From Parvibaculaceae bacterium (GTDB lineage: Bacteria > Pseudomonadota > Alphaproteobacteria > JAPOUT01), in NCBI GenBank assembly GCA_963457525.1, contig OY734805.1, positions 982,984 through 1,046,983 of the forward strand: a DNA stretch of 64,000 bases, written 5' to 3'. Of the stretch, positions 59,384 to 64,000 are shown in pieces (the stretch's first letter is position 1; the number at the start of each line of letters is the position of its first letter). The position numbers were made by a program, and so were the translations under genes. The notes beneath the pieces are model-generated. The model saw only the letters and a program-made list of their open reading frames with translations. It was not told where the DNA came from and made no database searches.

Positions 59384-60514
59384 ATGAATTTTGAAGAACA
59401 TGCCGCAAAGCCGCTTCTCGCGGCCGCGGGAATCAAAATACCGGCAAGCGTGCTTGTCCGGGACGGCGAGGCGGCCGCCGAGGCCGCCCGGAAGCTCGGC
59501 GCTTGCATCGTCAAGGCCCAAGTGCCGACCGGCAAACGCGGCAAGGCGGGCGGCATCAAGCCCGCGGATACGCCCGCGGAGGCAAAAGCCCGCGCGGCTG
59601 CCATTCTGGGAATGGAAATAGACGGCCATGTCGTGGAGAAGGTTTTGATTGAGGAAAAATCCGACATCAAGCGCGAATACTACGCGGCGGTGTTGAACGA
59701 TCCGTCCAGCAAGGGACCCGTAGTCCTATTTTCGACCGAGGGCGGGATGGACGTTGAAGAAATTGCCGCAAAGACCCCGGAGAAGCTGCGCAGGGCGGCG
59801 GTGGATGTTCGGCGGGGGTTTTCCCGCGAGGAGGCCTTGGCGCTGCTGGACGGTCTGGATCTTTCGGGCATCGAAGAGGTTGTTTCCGACACGCTTGAAA
59901 AACTCTACCGGGCATATGCGGCCGGTGATGCGGAATTGCTGGAAATCAATCCGCTCGCCGTTACGGAATCGCGTGAAGTGGTCGCGTTGGATTGCAAATT
60001 TGTTTTGGATGATTCCGCGATCAAGCGCCGGGAGGAACTGGCCGGACAAGGAACTCCCGAAAAACTTACAGGGCTGGAGGCGCGGGGCGAAGAAGCGGGA
60101 ATCAAATACATAGAACTGGACGGCGACGTTTGCGTGCTGGCGAACGGCGCGGGTCTCACCATGACGACCATGGATGTCGTGCGGCATCACGGCGGCGCGC
60201 CGGCCAACTTTTGCGAAATCGGGGGCGAGGCCTACACCAAGGCCGCGACCGCTTTGGACATCGTGCTTTCCAAACCGGGAATCAAAACCCTGGTGGTTAA
60301 TTTTTGCGGCGCGTTTGCAAGGTGCGATGTCATGATGGACGGCTTTTTGGCCGCGTGGGAATCCCTGCAACCGGAAATCCCGGTGTTTTTCTCGATCGCC
60401 GGCACCGGCGATGAAGAAGCAATCAAAATGCTTAAAGAACGGCTTTCCATGGAGCCGTTGCCCGACATGGACATGGCCTGCGAGGCGGCCGTCCGTTCCG
60501 CCCGGGAGTCTTGA
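59384..60514 (+). CDS. ADP-forming acyl-CoA synthetase β-subunit (succinyl-CoA synthetase β-like, ATP-grasp)
   Basis: An N-terminal ATP-grasp domain (MNFEEHAAKPLL...GKRGKAGGIK) and a C-terminal CoA-ligase domain are present. Confidence 0.85.
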   Translation: MNFEEHAAKPLLAAAGIKIPASVLVRDGEAAAEAARKLGACIVKAQVPTGKRGKAGGIKPADTPAEAKARAAAILGMEIDGHVVEKVLIEEKSDIKREYYAAVLNDPSSKGPVVLFSTEGGMDVEEIAAKTPEKLRRAAVDVRRGFSREEALALLDGLDLSGIEEVVSDTLEKLYRAYAAGDAELLEINPLAVTESREVVALDCKFVLDDSAIKRREELAGQGTPEKLTGLEARGEEAGIKYIELDGDVCVLANGAGLTMTTMDVVRHHGGAPANFCEIGGEAYTKAATALDIVLSKPGIKTLVVNFCGAFARCDVMMDGFLAAWESLQPEIPVFFSIAGTGDEEAIKMLKERLSMEPLPDMDMACEAAVRSARES

Positions 60515-61386
60515 AAATGATAATCCCCCGAAAGGACACGCGCATCATCGTCCAGGGAATTACGGGCAAGCAGGGAAGTTTTTGGACCGAACGAATGCAG
60601 GAATACGGCGCCGCCGTCGTGGGCGGCGTTAATCCGAAAAAAAGCGGCACCATCCATTGCGGCGTGCCGGTTTACGGCAGCGCCGGGGAAGCCGCGAACG
60701 ACGGGTTTGATGCGTCCGTTCTGTTTATTCCGCCTTTGGGCGTCAAGGCTGCGGTTCTTGATGCAATCGAAGCGGGTGCGAAAATGGTGCTTGTCCTTAC
60801 GGAACATGTTCCGGTTCAAGATGTCATGTATGTCCTGGCCGCCGCGAAGGAAGCCGGCACCCGGATCGTTGGACCGAACACCGCGGGATGCGTAACGGTC
60901 GGGGAGACCTTCATGGGTTTCATGCCGGCTTTCAATCAACGAATTTTCAAGAAGGGAAGCGTTGGTGTTCTGTCCCGGTCCGGCAGTCTCGGAACTCTCT
61001 TGTGCCAAAATATTGTTTCGGCCGGTTTTGGACAATCGGCCTTTGTCGGCATAGGCGGCGATACAATCATCGGCACGACCACCCGGGACGCCGTTGAGGC
61101 GCTGGATAAACTTCCGGGAACCGAAGCGATTGTCCTGGTGGGAGAAATCGGCGGGGACATGGAGGAAAGCGCCGCCGAATACATTGCGGGCATGGAGAAG
61201 CCCGTTGTCGCATTCATTGCGGGCAGTGCGGCTCCGAGCGGTAAAAAAATGGGACATGCCGGCGCCATCATCAGCGGCGGCAGAGGTACATACGGGTCCA
61301 AAAAAGCCGCGCTGGAATCCGCAGGCGTGCACGTGTTGGCGACTCCGGTTCATGTCGGCGACGCCTTGCGGGAAGCATTGGGTTAA
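60511..61386 (+). CDS. ADP-forming acyl-CoA synthetase α-subunit (SucD-like)
   Basis: IIVQGITGKQGSFWTE...SRSGSLGTL...MGHAGAI (phospho-His loop) is present. It overlaps the upstream gene by 4 bp. Confidence 0.85.
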   Translation: MKMIIPRKDTRIIVQGITGKQGSFWTERMQEYGAAVVGGVNPKKSGTIHCGVPVYGSAGEAANDGFDASVLFIPPLGVKAAVLDAIEAGAKMVLVLTEHVPVQDVMYVLAAAKEAGTRIVGPNTAGCVTVGETFMGFMPAFNQRIFKKGSVGVLSRSGSLGTLLCQNIVSAGFGQSAFVGIGGDTIIGTTTRDAVEALDKLPGTEAIVLVGEIGGDMEESAAEYIAGMEKPVVAFIAGSAAPSGKKMGHAGAIISGGRGTYGSKKAALESAGVHVLATPVHVGDALREALG

Positions 61387-61540
61387 AATTGAATCTGTCC
61401 GCCAAAACGCGGCGATTTGCGAGGGTTTTTCCAGCTTGAAATTTAAATCTTGCAATTAATCATAGCAGTTTTTGCGATGATTAATCTTGATTTTGCGGGG
61501 AATAGCCCCCATAATCGTCTTAAATTTTGCGGTGATTGAC

Positions 61541-62683
61541 ATGTGGATCCACGAACACCAAAACTGGACGGACCTTATATGGGAAGCCGAAGCCCTTGCT
61601 TCTAAATTGGCGGATGTAAGCCACCGCCAGGGGGTTCTGCTTGGTCGAATGGAAGGGCTAGGGTTTGAATTAAAACGCGAGGCCAACCTCAATACGCTGA
61701 CCAATGATGTGGTTAAATCCTCGGCCATCGAAGGTGAAATTCTAAATCCGGAAGAAGTTCGATCTTCCATTGCCCGCAGGCTGGGCATGGACTTTGCCGG
61801 GCTTGTTCCCGCAAGCCGTGACGTGGAAGGCATTGTTGAGATGATGCTGGATGCCACGCAAGAGCTTTCCAAGCCATTGACGAGGAAGCGCATGTTTGCC
61901 TGGCACGCAGCCATGTTTCCGACGGGGATGAGTGGAATGCATCGGATCACAGTTGGCAATTGGCGTACCGCGGAGGTGGATCCCATGCGGGTTGTTTCCG
62001 GTCCTATCGGCAAAGAAAAGGTTCATTTTGAAGCACCGGGCGCAGACCGCCTGGACAAGGAAATGAAAACGTTTCTGGATTGGTTTAATAGCAGAAGAGA
62101 CATCAACCCCTTGATTAAAGCGGGCATTGCCCACCTGTGGTTTGTCACCATTCATCCTTTTGAAGACGGCAACGGGCGTATTGCCAGGGCGATCAGTGAC
62201 ATGGCAATGGCTCGCGCCGATGGAACGAAAGATCGTTTTTACAGTTTGTCCTCCCAGATCGCGGCAGAACGCAAGCACTATTACAATCAGCTTGAGAAGC
62301 AGCAACGTGCGACACCTGATATCACGGGCTGGCTTTCATGGTTTTTGGATTGTTTTGGGCGGTCCATTGCCAATGCCGATATCACGCTCGGCAATGTTCT
62401 TTTCAAGGCGCGTCTCTGGGATTTTATCAACCGGAAGCCCGTGAATGATAACCAACGTTTAATCGTTAACCGGATGCTTGAGGATAATTTTGAAGGCTTC
62501 ATGAACACCTCCAAATACGCCAAGATGGCCAAATGCTCAAAAGACAAGGCATACCGGGATATTCAGGAATTGAAAGAAAGAAAAATTTTCATACAAAACC
62601 CCGGTGCCGGACGCAGTACGAGTTACAGATTGCCGGATCGAGAGGAGACGCGGCATTTGCTTGGCGGGACCTTAAATGAATGA
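61541..62683 (+). CDS. Fic-family protein with DUF4172 N-terminal domain
   Basis: The Fic motif HPFEDGNGRIARA is present. The N-terminus MWIHEHQNWTDLIWEAEAL is DUF4172-like. Confidence 0.85.
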   Translation: MWIHEHQNWTDLIWEAEALASKLADVSHRQGVLLGRMEGLGFELKREANLNTLTNDVVKSSAIEGEILNPEEVRSSIARRLGMDFAGLVPASRDVEGIVEMMLDATQELSKPLTRKRMFAWHAAMFPTGMSGMHRITVGNWRTAEVDPMRVVSGPIGKEKVHFEAPGADRLDKEMKTFLDWFNSRRDINPLIKAGIAHLWFVTIHPFEDGNGRIARAISDMAMARADGTKDRFYSLSSQIAAERKHYYNQLEKQQRATPDITGWLSWFLDCFGRSIANADITLGNVLFKARLWDFINRKPVNDNQRLIVNRMLEDNFEGFMNTSKYAKMAKCSKDKAYRDIQELKERKIFIQNPGAGRSTSYRLPDREETRHLLGGTLNE

Positions 62684-62707
62684 CTGCCGATTTGTCTGTG
62701 TGTTCGC

Positions 62708-62960
62708 CGAAAAAGCCCCGACAAAATCTTTTGGATAATGCCGGGGCTCCCTTCGAGTTGGGTTTGTCCGTTTGATTGGTTTACAGACGTGTGCCATCTG
62801 TTCGTACTCCGGCAACGTAATCAAGCTGTTTTTCCGGTAAATCCGGGCACTTATGCAATTGCCATCGGAAAACGGGTGGTTTCGGGGAGTGGAAAAACCG
62901 CCGGAACGCGGGAAAAAATTGCGAATCGCTTGTGATTTTTGCCGGAAATGCGCCGGTAAT
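62708..62960 (+). repeat. Copy B of the ~230-bp conserved non-coding element
   Basis: The blocks gaaaaagccccgacaaaatcttttggataatgccggggctcccttcgagttgggtt ... ggtttacagac ... tttttccggtaaatccggg ... aattgccatcggaaaacgggtgg ... tgatttttgccgg are shared with copy A. Confidence 0.65.
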
Positions 62961-63435
62961 TCGGGGATCTTCGATGCGGCTTGGGGCGTGGACGCGCCCC
63001 ATAACGACCGGGCAACGGGAATCATGCCGATTCGCCCGCCTCCGGAGATGCAAAAAACGGCCGATAACGCCGCTTCCATCGTCAAATATCCCGACCAAAC
63101 ACGGGGGGCGCTCCTGCTGTTTCACGGGTCGCGATTTTCTTGGTCGCACGCTCACGGGCATGTTGTAAATTCCCCGGATTTTCGCCGGAAATCGCGCTAA
63201 CTTCCCCGAAATTATCGCAAAAACAGGCGGTTTTCCGTCGCCGGTTGCCGCACGCCCCGCGCCCCAGGGTGAATTCATACCGGTTAAAACTGTGTCATTC
63301 TTGCCACACGATTTTGATAAAAATACGATTCGGGCGTTTTTCTGTTGGCATTGCGCGGAAAATTGCACATTGTGTATGTGTGGCAAGTAAGCCACGATTC
63401 TTACCTAACCAAAATATGAGGATGGAGAAATACAA

Positions 63436-64000
63436 ATGAGAAAAGTTTTACTAGGAACAACGGCTTTCGTCGCTGCCTCTGTGGTTGCTTCGGGAGCCTC
63501 TGCGCAGTCCCTTGAGGACCGCATTCGCACTCTTGAAGAGTCCATGCTGATGGGTTCTCCCGGATCCGGCTTTGATGTCGGCGTGTCGGGTTACATGCAC
63601 GGTGGATTCTTCCTCGTGGACATTGACGACAACCCCGCAACCACGGCGGAAGAGGATTACGGCAGCACCGATGTCAAAATCGGTGCAACGGAGATCCACT
63701 TCACCGCAACAGGACAGCTCGACAACGGAATCGAAGTCGGTGGTCGTGTTGAACTTGAAGGCACAACGCAAACCGACCAGATTGACGAAACCTACATCTG
63801 GGCGGAAGGCGGTTTCGGTCGCATGGTCATCGGTGCCGAAAACGGCCCCTCGTACCTGATGCACTACTCGGCCCCCTGGATTGCCGGCGTCAACGGTGTT
63901 GACTCCCCGAACTACCGCTACACGACGCATGGCGGAGCTGCCCGCACCAACACGCAAACCCTGATTGCGTCGGATGCGAATAAGATCACTTATTTCACTC
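63436..64000 (+). CDS. Alphaproteobacterial general porin (partial, runs off window end)
   Basis: Signal peptide MRKVLLGTTAFVAASVVASGASAQS and LEDRIRTLEE...SGYMHGGFF are present. The RBS is gaggatggag. No stop is seen within the window. Confidence 0.65.
   Translation, partial: MRKVLLGTTAFVAASVVASGASAQSLEDRIRTLEESMLMGSPGSGFDVGVSGYMHGGFFLVDIDDNPATTAEEDYGSTDVKIGATEIHFTATGQLDNGIEVGGRVELEGTTQTDQIDETYIWAEGGFGRMVIGAENGPSYLMHYSAPWIAGVNGVDSPNYRYTTHGGAARTNTQTLIASDANKITYFT

Noticed and set aside
1-64000. tRNA, rRNA and CRISPR arrays.
   Set aside because: All intergenic regions were scanned for T-loop GTTCGAATC-type motifs and for regularly spaced direct repeats. None was found.

Overview
This is a high-GC (~62%) chromosomal segment whose gene order looks alphaproteobacterial. 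Most of it is conserved housekeeping. The left end carries tolR–tolQ–ybgC–ruvBAC–yebC, a YmdB-like phosphoesterase, 5-formyl-THF cyclo-ligase, zapA and a small coiled-coil partner. Next comes the glycolytic cluster tkt–gap–pgk–fba, with thiE translationally coupled to its end. A long minus-strand run covers coaBC–dut–rrf2–cysK–moeB–trpGDC–moaC–moeA–cysE and ubiB/ubiE, and priA–atpHAG, alanine dehydrogenase, xerC/D, transaldolase, rpmF and a dimethylglycine-dehydrogenase-family enzyme are also present. Against this core there are several accessory or unusual elements. (1) A ~3.3 kb AT-rich islet sits between cysE and moeA. It encodes a three-gene minus-strand cassette: an SDH-family (ClpP-fold) serine protease, a Panacea/DUF4065 (SocA-like) protein, and a small 2-TM protein coupled to it by overlap. 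Beside it is a TbpB-C-lobe-like surface lipoprotein. (2) The gap gene (GAPDH) carries an in-frame, AT-rich N-terminal extension made of two tandem ~70-aa winged-helix modules that resemble the linker-histone H1/H5 globular domain. (3) Two tandem lipoprotein autotransporter subtilase (S8, NalP/SphB1-like) paralogs are present. The upstream copy has a degenerate Ser motif and a (GN)n-encoding hexanucleotide repeat. A third large β-helical autotransporter is also present. (4) The atp operon stops after atpG and continues directly into a ChpT-like histidine phosphotransferase and a secreted protein. (5) A ~230-bp structured non-coding element occurs twice, downstream of the second subtilase and downstream of a DUF4172-Fic gene. 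(6) The cluster tctABC, a CoA-acylating aldehyde dehydrogenase and a SucCD-like ligase form a predicted carboxylate→acyl-CoA→aldehyde module. No tRNA, rRNA, CRISPR or transposase was found. Many long antisense ORFs in the ORF track are GC-driven shadows.
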